The notes beneath the pieces are model-generated. The model was not told the DNA's origin. It made no database searches and saw only the letters and a list, made by a program, of their open reading frames with translations. From Sinorhizobium meliloti (GTDB lineage: Bacteria > Pseudomonadota > Alphaproteobacteria > Rhizobiales > Rhizobiaceae), in contig NZ_JAGIOS010000001.1 of assembly GCF_017876815.1 (NCBI RefSeq), positions 3,510,001-3,542,000 on the forward strand: a DNA stretch of 32,000 bases, written 5' to 3'. The translations under genes and the position numbers were made by a program. Positions 1 to 8,360 of the stretch are shown here, in pieces; positions within the stretch are counted from its first letter, which is position 1, and each line of letters opens with the position of its first letter.

Positions 1-68
1 CCAAGGACGCTCGCGGAATTGCGCAGCGGCCGATGTTCTTCAAGGTGTGGGTGAACCGGTTCCCTGAC

Positions 69-100
69 GGAGGCGGCGCAGTCGCAGCGCCTCCGTTTTT
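69..100 (+). terminator. Intrinsic terminator-like hairpin for an upstream + strand transcript
   Basis: GGAGGCG (69-75) pairs with CGCCTCC (88-94) across a 12-nt loop, followed by G-TTTTT (95-100). The T-run is on the + side only. Coding status of 1-67 is ambiguous (see rejected list). Confidence 0.55.
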
Positions 101-150
101 GCCGTGCGAGCCGGCGCCGCCGTTTGGCTCGCAATGGAATTGGCCGCGCA

Positions 151-260
151 GAGGTGACACTCACCTCGGGAGGTGACACTCACCTCGGGAGGTGACACTC
201 ACCTCGGAGGCGGCGATCACCTTGGAGGTGACGATCACCTCGGAGGTGACGATCACCTCG
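151..260. repeat. Tandem array of six 18/19-nt self-complementary units (GAGGTGA-N3-TCACCTC-GG)
   Basis: Read directly. There are two 19-nt units and one 18-nt unit of GAGGTGACACTCACCTCG(G) at 151-206. One degenerate unit GAGGCGGCGATCACCTTG follows at 207-224, then two units GAGGTGACGATCACCTCG at 225-260. Each unit is a 7-bp stem with a 3-nt loop palindrome. Confidence 0.9.
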
Positions 261-369
261 GCGGGACGAGACCTTGATAGTAATCCCCGTCACCGCCGAC
301 CACCCGGTCCCCGGTGTGCGAGCACGCCGCCAGCGTGGCGAGTGCGAGCAACAACACGATCTTGCGCAT
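253..369 (-). CDS. Micro-lipoprotein paralog 1 (38 aa): MRKIVLLLALATLAACSHTGDRVVGGDGDYYQGLVPPR
   Basis: ATG at 369 and TGA at 255-253, hand-translated (below the ORF-track length cutoff). Lipobox LAAC after a hydrophobic h-region. AAAAGG sits about 11 nt upstream. Shares the G-[DE]-G-x-YY-x-G-[LV]-[VI]-PP tail with two paralogs. Confidence 0.55.
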   Translation of the reverse strand: MRKIVLLLALATLAACSHTGDRVVGGDGDYYQGLVPPR

Positions 370-404
370 AGGCCCCCGTACCTTTTCTAACAGTTTGACG
401 GCCA

Positions 405-433
405 TTGATATTCTGCCATTCGCGCAGGATCAA
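405..433 (-). promoter_or_regulatory. Candidate sigma70-type promoter for micro-lipoprotein 1
   Basis: On the minus strand, TTGATC (433-428), a 17-nt spacer, then TATCAA (410-405), about 35 nt upstream of the ATG at 369. Pattern match only. Confidence 0.35.
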
Positions 434-554
434 TTCCCAACCGCGCAATCCACACGGTCCTGCGGCAGCGCTTCTTACACCATCCGGGCTCCTACATCGG
501 TCCCGAGAAATCGGAACCGATTGTCGGAGGCGCGATGCCGCATGCAACGTCTCA

Positions 555-686
555 TCAGCGCTTCGGGGGTATCAAGCCGGGATAGTATTGCCCGTCCCCT
601 CCATAATACCGTTCGGCGCTGGGCGTCGCCGTTTGTGAGCACGCGCTGAGAACGAAGACCGCCACCAACATTCCGATTGCCCGCAT
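555..686 (-). CDS. Micro-lipoprotein paralog 2 (43 aa): MRAIGMLVAVFVLSACSQTATPSAERYYGGDGQYYPGLIPPKR
   Basis: Internal ATG (686) of track ORF 555..782. GAAAGGA lies 8-9 nt upstream. Lipobox LSAC. DNA and protein are both similar to paralog 3, and a CTATAT -10-like box sits about 20 nt upstream. Confidence 0.6.
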   Translation of the reverse strand: MRAIGMLVAVFVLSACSQTATPSAERYYGGDGQYYPGLIPPKR

Positions 687-879
687 AGAGTATGTCCTTT
701 CGCATATAGATTTCCGCAACCGGGTCGCGCCGACGCGCTGCATCGGCTCTCCGTTGCACCTGCAATTGTATATGCGATTCAACCGCCGATGAACACGATT
801 CCGTGATCTCTACCATCAAGTGCAGCTCCCGTATTCCCCCAACCGGCCCACTTGGGTGTCGAACCGGTCAGGTACCGCA

Positions 880-956
880 AGCCGGTCGCTATGATGGCTG
901 CGCCCGGAGTGAGCGTTGCCGCAGCGGTGCCGACCGCCAGGACGTCACGGGCACGG
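880..956 (-). pseudogene. Decayed duplicate of the 3' end of the PCu(A)C gene (compare 1878-1990)
   Basis: 880-943 aligns by eye with 1878-1943 at about 85-90% identity (..GATGGCTG..CCGGAGTGAGCGTTGCC..GCGGTGCCGACCG.CAGGAC). It has a 1-nt deletion that shifts frame and a 34-nt deletion before the shared GTCACGGGCACGG. No intact ORF corresponds to it. Confidence 0.45.
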
Positions 957-1090
957 TGCGCGGGCGCCTCTCGTGAGGCATGCAGCGACAGCCCTCTTGC
1001 GATGCGACGGAAGCGGGTTCGTGCGCCGCATTTGGGGCTTCGATTGATGCGTGTCGTTCTTAAAGCCGCTATAGACCTGAGCGACATGCT

Positions 1091-1225
1091 TCAGAGAGGC
1101 GTCGGGGGTACGACGCCGCTATAGTATTGGCCTTCTCCCGTATAGTACCGTTCGGCGCTGGGCCTTCCTGTTTGCGAGCACGCGCTGAGAGCAAAGATCG
1201 CCAACAACAATACGATCGCGCGCAT
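1091..1225 (-). CDS. Micro-lipoprotein paralog 3 (44 aa): MRAIVLLLAIFALSACSQTGRPSAERYYTGEGQYYSGVVPPTPL
   Basis: ATG at 1225 and TGA at 1093-1091, hand-translated (not in the ORF track). GAAAGGA lies 8-9 nt upstream. Lipobox LSAC. The SAERYY..G.GQYY..PP tail is nearly identical to paralog 2. Confidence 0.6.
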   Translation of the reverse strand: MRAIVLLLAIFALSACSQTGRPSAERYYTGEGQYYSGVVPPTPL

Positions 1226-1485
1226 AGACTTACGTCCTTTCGTGAGTGAACTTCTTCAATATGACTTTTATGAACTAGATTTTTTCCGGCGCAGAAGCCG
1301 CGCCGGTTCTCGGTTACGGCTGCGATTGTACATGCCGTTCAACCGACGGTACACAAAATTGCGCAATGTTCAGCCCCGCAGCCCTCGAATCGTTACGATT
1401 TTCCTAAAATCCGATCACCCGATTTCACCTGCTCGCAAGCGCAGTCTGGCACAGGAAAGGATTATCATGCCCGAGGACTGACAGG

Positions 1486-1857
1486 ATGACCCAGGTCGTT
1501 ACCATCTCCGCGACGACGGCGGCCTATGCGGCGGATGCATTGAAGCCGCCCACGCGCTTGCGTGGCGATGGACCTGCCGACGAGGCAATCACACTGCTTT
1601 GCGCGCGCGGCCAAGAGCAGGCGCCGGTCCCGAAGGTCAGAAGCGCGCTGCCGCTGCACCTCATGCTGATCGCTGCAGAGCGCCGTCTGCCGCAACAGAC
1701 GCAGGCCGAAACGCTGCGCCGCTATCTCGAAAACGCCGAGAACGAGGACGAGGACGGGGGCGGAGGCGATCGCCGGCGGGAAGACAAGCCTGCCGGCGAT
1801 GAACAGGAACTGGACGAAATCACCGAAATGCTCGACCGGCTCGTTCAGGGATCCTGA
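1486..1857 (+). CDS. Hypothetical protein (123 aa) with a strongly acidic C-terminal half
   Basis: ATG is preceded by GAGGA 8 nt upstream. Third codon positions are G/C-rich throughout. No recognisable domain by eye. Convergent with the copper chaperone gene. Confidence 0.55.
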   Translation: MTQVVTISATTAAYAADALKPPTRLRGDGPADEAITLLCARGQEQAPVPKVRSALPLHLMLIAAERRLPQQTQAETLRRYLENAENEDEDGGGGDRRREDKPAGDEQELDEITEMLDRLVQGS

Positions 1858-1886
1858 GCCGGTCGACGCGCTTTCCTGTCAGTGTT

Positions 1887-2867
1887 CTATTGATGGCTGT
1901 GGCCGGAGTGAGCGTTGCCCGCGGCGGTGCCGACCGGCAGGACATAGTCGACCTCCCCCGCCTTCTCGAAGGTGAGCGTCACGGGCACGGCATCGCCTTC
2001 GGCAAAGGGCTTCTTCACCTCCATGAACATGAGATGCAGGCCGCCGCTCTTCAGCTCGACGGTTCCGCCGGCGGGAACGGCAATGCCGTCCTCGAGCTTG
2101 CGCATTTTCATGACGTCGTTCTCCATCGTCATTTCATGGAGTTCGACCCGGCCCGCGGCCGGGCTCTCGACGGCAAGCAGCCGGTCGTCGGCACTGCCGC
2201 CGTTCCTGACCACGAATCCGCCGCCGCCGACCTTGGCGCCGGGCAGCATGGCCTTCACGGCTCCGCCCGAGATCTCGAGATCGCCGAGCCTCACCGTTTT
2301 GGGCGCGGACTGATGATGCCCTCCGTGACCGGAATGCTCGTCGCCCGCCGCCATGGTGACGGTGATCGTCGGCGCCGGATGCTCGAGGGAATGGGCGTCC
2401 TCGCCCTCCGCCGCCACCTGATCCCAGACCACCTTGCCGTCGGCGCCGCAAAGCTGCGTCGTCGGAAAGGCAAGCACGGTCTCCTTGTCGAAGCCCGCGA
2501 GTTTTCCGCGCACGACGAAGGTGTCGTAATGTTCGTCGGGAAGGTTGCCGCCTTTCCAGCGAATTTCCAAGGGACCGGAGGAAACCTTGGTGCCGTGATC
2601 GTCATAGGTTTTCCGGTAGTCGCCCTTGATGATCTCCAGCTCCCAGCCGGGCTTAGGCTGGGGCTTGGCAAAGACGAATCCCTCCGGCAGCTGCACCCGC
2701 ACTTCGGTCGTCGCCTTGCCGTCGCAGCCATGCGGCACCTGAAGCGTGGCGTTGACGGTCGTTTCGGCCGGCGCGCTGCCCGTCTCGAATGTCGCATGCG
2801 CATGGGCGAGCCCTGTGGCGGCGAATGTGAGGCCGGTGGCAAGCAAGGAAAGTCTGATCGTGTTCAT
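1887..2867 (-). CDS. Periplasmic copper-binding fusion protein: YcnI (DUF1775) N-domain plus PCu(A)C (DUF461) C-domain
   Basis: Signal peptide ends ..GLAHA followed by HATFE (N-terminal His typical of YcnI). The C-half carries the H-x-M..M..H-x-M pattern (ELHEMTMENDVMKM ... GGLHLMF) typical of PCu(A)C. His-rich linker and tail (HSGHGGHH, HSGHSHQ). Confidence 0.85.
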   Translation of the reverse strand: MNTIRLSLLATGLTFAATGLAHAHATFETGSAPAETTVNATLQVPHGCDGKATTEVRVQLPEGFVFAKPQPKPGWELEIIKGDYRKTYDDHGTKVSSGPLEIRWKGGNLPDEHYDTFVVRGKLAGFDKETVLAFPTTQLCGADGKVVWDQVAAEGEDAHSLEHPAPTITVTMAAGDEHSGHGGHHQSAPKTVRLGDLEISGGAVKAMLPGAKVGGGGFVVRNGGSADDRLLAVESPAAGRVELHEMTMENDVMKMRKLEDGIAVPAGGTVELKSGGLHLMFMEVKKPFAEGDAVPVTLTFEKAGEVDYVLPVGTAAGNAHSGHSHQ

Positions 2868-2959
2868 GTCGTAATCTCCGAACCACGTGCCGGAACGCGG
2901 CCTTCGTGGGTCAATGCCGCATAGCGGCGCAAGAAATTCTGGGTTGGATTCGAGGAGAT

Positions 2960-3355
2960 TTACGGCTGGGCCGGCGGGCCGCGCGGTGGCGGCAGCAGGC
3001 GCAGGGGCAGAAGCACCGCCTCGGCGGCGACGATCGGCGTTCCGGCAGTCCAGTCGCCGTTTTCGGCCGGCAGGCTTTCATCGGGCGCCGCCGGCAGGAG
3101 CACGGAGGCGGCGAGCCGGCAGGCTTCGCAAACGGGAGCAGATGACGACGACTTGCCGTGGCCGGCGTCATGATCGACGCCGCCCGTGCCGAAGCAGATA
3201 TCGGCGAAGGTGCCGTCGGGGAGAAGATATTCGCCGGAAATCGCCGGGCCGGCCGCTTTCGCAAGGGCTGGCTTATGGGCGAAGGACAGGAATAGGAGTG
3301 CGAAGGCTGCGAGCAGCCGCATCGCAATTCCCCATTTCCGCTCGCGCCCTGTCAT
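2960..3355 (-). CDS. Small secreted Cys/His protein, possibly DUF2946-like, upstream partner of the YcnI-PCu(A)C gene
   Basis: Signal peptide MRLLAAFALLFLSFAHKPALA. The mature part has DHDAGHG and a CEAC motif. Start is ATG 3355 (AGGTGG upstream) or ATG 3322 (GGGGA upstream). Same strand as the copper chaperone gene and 92 nt upstream of it. Confidence 0.5.
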   Translation of the reverse strand: MTGRERKWGIAMRLLAAFALLFLSFAHKPALAKAAGPAISGEYLLPDGTFADICFGTGGVDHDAGHGKSSSSAPVCEACRLAASVLLPAAPDESLPAENGDWTAGTPIVAAEAVLLPLRLLPPPRGPPAQP

Positions 3356-3477
3356 GGCCACCTCTCTTCGGTCTTCCCTATCCGCTGCCCAAAGAAATTG
3401 CAAAGGCCGATTTTGCCGCACTTGTCGCGGAGGATGAAGTCAGGGCGACAAAAATATGTTTGGTCGCGACATAGGCC

Positions 3478-3506
3478 CTTGCCAAAATCCGGCCTTCGCC
3501 GTTATC
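3478..3506 (+). promoter_or_regulatory. Candidate gcv promoter (CTTGCC-N17-GTTATC)
   Basis: Resembles the rhizobial CTTGAC-N17-CTATAT consensus. It places the transcription start about 7 nt downstream, just before the first riboswitch aptamer. Pattern match only. Confidence 0.35.
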
Positions 3507-3514
3507 TGGATTCG

Positions 3515-3670
3515 ACCTCGTTGGGAGAAACCGGTTCGATCCGGTGCCGAAGGAGCAACCGCCCCGGAAACTCTCAGGCCAAAGGACCAGCAAGGTGCCG
3601 GTAGGACTCTGGAGAGAAGCGTTCGCGCTCGCCGAAGGGATAACAATCTCAGGCAAAGGGACAGAGGGGG
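3515..3670 (+). promoter_or_regulatory. Tandem glycine riboswitch (two aptamers) controlling gcvTHP
   Basis: Aptamer 1: GGGAGAAACCGG..CCGGUGCCGAAGGAGCAACCGCC..CUCAGGCCAAAGGACCAGC. Aptamer 2: CUCUGGAGAGAAGCG..CGCUCGCCGAAGGGAUAACAAUCUCAGGCAAAGGGACAGAGG. Both match the GGAGA..CCGAAGG.GCAA..CUCAGGCAAAGGAC core, and the position upstream of gcvT is canonical. Confidence 0.88.
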
Positions 3671-3741
3671 CTCGAATTTGTCGGCGCATGACGCCGGTAT
3701 TGTGAGCCGGCGCGAAAACGCGCCAGACCTGGAGGCCGGAC

Positions 3742-4881
3742 TTGGAAGACGTTTCCACCTTGAAACACACGCCTTTGCACGCGCTGCACCTTTCGCTCGG
3801 TGCACGCATGGTGCCCTTCGCCGGTTACGACATGCCGGTCCAATACCCGGAAGGCGTATTGAAGGAGCACCTGCATACCCGCGCCGCCGCCGGCCTCTTC
3901 GACGTGTCCCACATGGGACAGATCGTCGTGCGGCCGAAATCGGGAAAAATCGAGGACGCGGCGCTGGCGCTGGAAAAGCTCGTGCCGGCGGATGTTCTCG
4001 GCCTCGCGGAAGGCCGACAGCGCTACGGCCTCTTCACCAATGCCGCAGGCGGCATTCTCGACGACCTGATGATCGTCAATCGCGGCGATCATCTCTTCCT
4101 CGTCGTCAACGCGGCCTGCAAGGATGCCGATCTTGCGCATCTCAAGGACGGTCTCGGCAGCGTCTGCGACGTGACCATGCTGACCGACCGTGCCCTGATC
4201 GCCCTTCAGGGACCCCGGGCCGGAGCGGTCCTCTGCGAACTCTGGGCGGACGTCTCGTCGATGCGCTTCATGGATGTCACCGAAGCCGACCTTCACGATG
4301 TGAGCTGCATCATCTCCCGCTCCGGCTACACCGGCGAGGATGGCTTCGAGATATCCATTCCCGCGGAAGCGGCTGTGGATGTGACGCAGCGCCTGCTCGA
4401 ACATCCCGACGTTCTGCCCATCGGGCTCGGCGCGCGCGACTCGCTCCGCCTCGAAGCGGGGCTTTGTCTCTATGGCAACGATATCGACACGAATACGAGC
4501 CCCATCGAAGCAGGCCTCGAATGGGCGATCCAGAAAAGCCGCCGCGCCGGCGGTGAGCGCGCCGGCGGCTTTCCGGGCGCCGGCCGGATACTGGCCGAGC
4601 TAACCGACGGAGTTTCCAGGCGGCGTGTCGGCCTGAGGCCCGAAGGCCGGGCGCCGGTCCGCGGCAATGCCAATCTCTTCGCCGATGAGGAGGGCAGAAC
4701 GGCGGCAGGAACCGTCACCTCCGGCGGCTTCGGTCCAAGCGTGGATGGACCGGTCGCCATGGGCTATGTCGACGCCGAGCACGCCGAAGTCGGCACCAGA
4801 CTGTTCGCAGAGGTGCGCGGCAAATACCTGCCCATCGCCGTCACTGCCCTGCCCTTCATCAAACAAACCTACAAACGCTGA
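3742..4881 (+). CDS. gcvT: Glycine cleavage system aminomethyltransferase (T protein)
   Basis: 379 aa. TTG start with GGAGG 6 nt upstream. Typical GcvT sequence ([48 protein letters not shown]) and gcvTHP context. Confidence 0.93.
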
Positions 4882-4897
4882 TCAGGAGAACCTGCGT

Positions 4898-5260
4898 ATG
4901 CTGAAATTCACCGAGGAACACGAATGGCTGAAGATCGATGGCGACGTCGCGACCGTCGGCATCACGGAGCATGCCGCTGGCCAGCTCGGCGATCTTGTCT
5001 TCGTGGAACTGCCGGAAGCGGGTGCCAGCTTCTCCAAGGGCGACTCGGCCGCGACGGTCGAGTCCGTCAAGGCGGCTTCGGACGTCTATTGTCCGCTTGA
5101 TGGAGAAATCGTCGAGGTCAATCAGGCGATCGTCGACGATCCGTCGCTCGTCAACAGCGATCCGCAAGGCGCGGCCTGGTTCTTCAAGCTGAAGCTCGCC
5201 GATCCGGACGCTGCCAATGCGCTCCTGGACGAAGCGGCCTACAAGGAGTTCGTCGCCTGA
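4898..5260 (+). CDS. gcvH: Glycine cleavage system H protein (lipoyl carrier)
   Basis: 120 aa starting [11 protein letters not shown]. Lipoyl-lysine motif ESVKAAS. AGGAGA upstream. In frame within track ORF 4667..5260. Confidence 0.93.
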
Positions 5261-8124
5261 TGAGCATGCCCAAGGACTTTACCTTCACCGATTACAAGCC
5301 TTACGACTTCGCCAATCGACGTCACATCGGCCCTTCGCCGGCCGAGATGGACGAGATGCTGAAGGTCGTCGGCTATCCGAGCCTCGACGCGCTCATAGAC
5401 GACACCGTGCCGCCGTCGATCCGCCAGCGGACGCCGCTTGCCTGGGGCGCGCCGATGACCGAGCGCGAGGCACTCGACAAGCTGCGCGAGACGGCGAACC
5501 GCAACCGGAAGCTCGTCTCCCTGATCGGTCAGGGCTACTACGGGACCATCACCCCGCCGGTCATCCAGCGCAATATCCTCGAGAATCCGGCCTGGTACAC
5601 CGCCTATACGCCCTATCAGCCGGAAATCAGCCAGGGGCGGCTGGAAGCCCTGCTCAACTACCAGACCATGGTTTGCGATTTGACCGGCCTGGACGTCGCG
5701 AACGCCTCGTTGCTCGACGAGGCGACGGCGGCAGCCGAAGCAATGGCCATTGCCGAGCGCGTCGCAAAGTCCAAGGCGAAGGCGTTTTTCATCGATGAGA
5801 ACTGCCATCCCCAGACGATTGCGCTCCTGAAGACCCGGGCGGAGCCGCTCGGCTGGCAGATCGTCCTCGGCGATCCGTTCGAGGATCTGGACGCTGCCGG
5901 CGTCTTCGGCGCGATTTTCCAGTACCCCGGTACCTACGGCCATGTCCGCGACTTCTCGGGCCTGATCGCCAAACTCCATGGGCAGGGGGCAATCGCCGCC
6001 GTAGCAGCCGATCCGCTGGCGCTGGCGCTTCTGAAGTCTCCGGGTGAAATGGGCGCCGACATCGCGATCGGTTCGACCCAGCGCTTCGGCGTTCCGGTCG
6101 GCTACGGCGGACCGCACGCCGCCTATATGGCGGTCAAGGATGCCTATAAGCGCTCCATGCCCGGCCGCCTCGTGGGCGTGTCGGTCGATGCGCGGGGCAA
6201 CCGCGCCTACCGGCTGTCGCTCCAGACCCGTGAACAGCATATCCGGCGCGAAAAGGCGACATCGAACATCTGTACCGCGCAGGTGCTGCTTGCCGTCATG
6301 GCCTCCATGTATGCGGTCTTCCACGGTCCGGACGGAATAAAGGCGATCGCCCAGAGCGTGCACCAGAAGACGGTCCGGCTTGCCATGGGATTGGAGAAGC
6401 TCGGCTATACCGTCGAGCCGGATGTCTTCTTCGATACGATCACCGTCGAAGTCGGCAAGCTGCAAGGCATCATCCTCAAAGCCGCCGTGGCCGAGGAGGT
6501 AAACCTTCGCAAGATCGGCACGACCAGGATCGGCATCAGTCTCGACGAGCGTTCGAGGCCGGTCACGCTCGAGGCCGTCTGGCGCGCCTTCGGGGGCGAT
6601 TTCAAGGTCGAGGAGTTCGAGCCGGACTACCGCCTGCCGCAGGAACTGCTGCGCACCAGCGCCTATCTCACCCATCCGATCTTCCATATGAACCGCGCCG
6701 AGAGCGAGATGACGCGTTACATGCGCCGCCTCGCCGATCGCGATCTTGCGCTCGACCGCGCGATGATCCCGCTCGGCTCCTGCACGATGAAGCTCAACGC
6801 GACCGCGGAGATGCTGCCGATCACCTGGCCGGAGTTCTCGGAAATCCATCCCTTCGTGCCGGCCGACCAGGCACTCGGCTATCAGCATCTCATCGAAGAC
6901 CTGTCGCAAAAGCTCTGCGCGATCACCGGCTACGATGCGATCTCGATGCAGCCGAACTCGGGTGCCCAGGGTGAATATGCCGGTCTGCTCGCGATCCGCG
7001 CCTACCATATCGCCAACGGCAACGAGCATCGCGACGTCTGCCTGATACCGACCTCGGCGCACGGCACCAACCCGGCCTCGGCGCAGATGGCCGGCATGAA
7101 GGTGGTGGTCGTCAAGGTGAGCGACGCCGGCGAGATCGATATGGACGATTTCCGCGCCAAAGCGGAGCAGTATGCGGACACCCTCTCCTGCTGCATGATC
7201 ACCTATCCCTCGACGCACGGCGTGTTCGAGGAGAACGTCCGCGAAGTCTGCGAGGTCGTGCATAAGCACGGTGGCCAGGTCTATCTGGACGGCGCCAACA
7301 TGAATGCGATGGTTGGCCTTTCCCGCCCTGGCGACATCGGCTCGGATGTCAGCCATTTGAACCTGCACAAGACCTTCTGCATTCCGCATGGCGGCGGCGG
7401 TCCCGGCATGGGCCCGATCGGCGTCAAGTCGCATCTCGCCCCCTTCCTTCCGGGACACCCGCAGACCGACGGGCACGAGGGCGCCGTATCCGCCGCACCG
7501 TTCGGGTCGGCCTCGATCCTGCCGATCTCCTGGAGCTACTGCCTGATGATGGGCGGCGAAGGCCTGACGCAAGCGACCAAGGTGGCGATCCTCAACGCCA
7601 ATTACGTCGCCGCCCGGCTGAAGGGTGCCTATGACGTGCTCTACAAGTCGGCGAAAGGCCGGGTCGCGCATGAATGCATCATCGATACCCGTCCGCTCGC
7701 CGAAAGCGCCGGCGTCACGGTCGATGACGTCGCCAAGCGCCTGATCGACTGCGGCTTCCATGCACCGACGATGAGCTGGCCGGTCGCGGGCACACTGATG
7801 ATCGAACCCACGGAATCGGAAACGAAGGCCGAGCTCGACCGCTTCTGCGACGCCATGCTGGCAATCCGCGAAGAGGCCCGCGCCATCGAGGACGGCCGGA
7901 TGGACAAGGTCAACAATCCGCTGAAGAACGCGCCGCATACGGTCGAGGACCTCGTCGGCGACTGGGACCGGCCCTATTCGCGCGAGCAGGCCTGCTTCCC
8001 ACCGGGCGCCTTCCGCGTGGACAAATACTGGTCGCCGGTCAACCGTGTCGACAATGTCTATGGCGACCGCAATCTCGTCTGCACCTGCCCGCCGATCGAG
8101 AGCTACGCGGAAGCGGCGGAATGA
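5260..8124 (+). CDS. gcvP: Glycine dehydrogenase (decarboxylating), single-chain P protein
   Basis: 954 aa. The start overlaps the gcvH stop (TGATG). Conserved P-protein blocks are present ([34 protein letters not shown]). Confidence 0.95.
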   Translation: MSMPKDFTFTDYKPYDFANRRHIGPSPAEMDEMLKVVGYPSLDALIDDTVPPSIRQRTPLAWGAPMTEREALDKLRETANRNRKLVSLIGQGYYGTITPPVIQRNILENPAWYTAYTPYQPEISQGRLEALLNYQTMVCDLTGLDVANASLLDEATAAAEAMAIAERVAKSKAKAFFIDENCHPQTIALLKTRAEPLGWQIVLGDPFEDLDAAGVFGAIFQYPGTYGHVRDFSGLIAKLHGQGAIAAVAADPLALALLKSPGEMGADIAIGSTQRFGVPVGYGGPHAAYMAVKDAYKRSMPGRLVGVSVDARGNRAYRLSLQTREQHIRREKATSNICTAQVLLAVMASMYAVFHGPDGIKAIAQSVHQKTVRLAMGLEKLGYTVEPDVFFDTITVEVGKLQGIILKAAVAEEVNLRKIGTTRIGISLDERSRPVTLEAVWRAFGGDFKVEEFEPDYRLPQELLRTSAYLTHPIFHMNRAESEMTRYMRRLADRDLALDRAMIPLGSCTMKLNATAEMLPITWPEFSEIHPFVPADQALGYQHLIEDLSQKLCAITGYDAISMQPNSGAQGEYAGLLAIRAYHIANGNEHRDVCLIPTSAHGTNPASAQMAGMKVVVVKVSDAGEIDMDDFRAKAEQYADTLSCCMITYPSTHGVFEENVREVCEVVHKHGGQVYLDGANMNAMVGLSRPGDIGSDVSHLNLHKTFCIPHGGGGPGMGPIGVKSHLAPFLPGHPQTDGHEGAVSAAPFGSASILPISWSYCLMMGGEGLTQATKVAILNANYVAARLKGAYDVLYKSAKGRVAHECIIDTRPLAESAGVTVDDVAKRLIDCGFHAPTMSWPVAGTLMIEPTESETKAELDRFCDAMLAIREEARAIEDGRMDKVNNPLKNAPHTVEDLVGDWDRPYSREQACFPPGAFRVDKYWSPVNRVDNVYGDRNLVCTCPPIESYAEAAE

Positions 8125-8183
8125 TGACGTGATCCGATCGGGCGCGGTTCAAGCGCCGCGCCTGCCTGCCACGTCCTGAAAGC

Positions 8184-8210
8184 AAAAAGCCCGGCTCCTA
8201 AGCCGGGCTT
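8184..8210 (-). terminator. Intrinsic terminator oriented for the minus strand, 150 nt beyond the tig terminator
   Basis: AAGCCCGGCT-CCTA-AGCCGGGCTT is a perfect 10-bp stem. On the minus strand it is followed by UUUUU. On the + strand only UU follows, so it could also weakly serve gcvP. Confidence 0.6.
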
Positions 8211-8216
8211 GGCCTA

Positions 8217-8360
8217 CTGCATGTCTCCTTTAATCGTATCCGATTAAAGGACAAAAACATGCAGCAGATCAAAGTGCTGCAGCGACCTTTGCGCGTCTGA
8301 TAAGACGCGCGGCGCTGTAAGCACTTCCCGGAGAAGTGCGGAGCAGCTTTCCCTCTGCAG
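8217..8360 (-). other. Palindrome-rich intergenic element: candidate minus-strand sRNA or RIME-like repeat
   Basis: Four consecutive hairpins. 8217-8264: CTGCATGT..CCTTTAATCG-TAT-CGATTAAAGG..ACATGCAG. 8261-8280: GCAGCA-N8-TGCTGC. 8291-8310: GCGCGTCT-GATA-AGACGCGC. 8321-8339: GCACTTC-CCGGA-GAAGTGC. Bounded by two minus-strand terminators. Confidence 0.4.

Noticed and set aside
1-176. Possible 3' end of a + strand CDS entering the window (frame 3: ..KDARGIAQRPMFFKVWVNRFPDGGG.., stop at 174-176).
   Set aside because: Frame 3 has the best GC3 over the first ~20 codons, but it would read straight through the terminator hairpin into the repeat array. The antisense frame sharing the same third positions looks equally good, and frames 1 and 2 stop at 52-54 and 65-67. 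This is too short and ambiguous to call.
151-260. The tandem repeat array considered as a CRISPR array.
   Set aside because: The units are directly adjacent with no spacers, are only 18-19 nt long, and no cas genes are present.
779-1087. 102-aa minus-strand ORF between micro-lipoprotein paralogs 2 and 3.
   Set aside because: The N-terminal half is Arg-rich nonsense, and the middle derives from the frameshifted PCu(A)C remnant. GC3 is unremarkable, so it is treated as decayed DNA rather than a gene.
1890-2924. 344-aa + strand ORF, together with Arg-rich ORFs at 2887..3474 and 3456..4556.
   Set aside because: These are antisense or out-of-frame with the copper chaperone gene, the riboswitch and gcvT. 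Their extreme Arg/Gly/Ala content is not protein-like.
5239-7938. 899-aa ORF antisense to gcvP.
   Set aside because: Arg/Ala/Gly-rich with no motifs. It is a typical shadow ORF on the opposite strand of a high-GC gene, and gcvP on the + strand is unambiguous.
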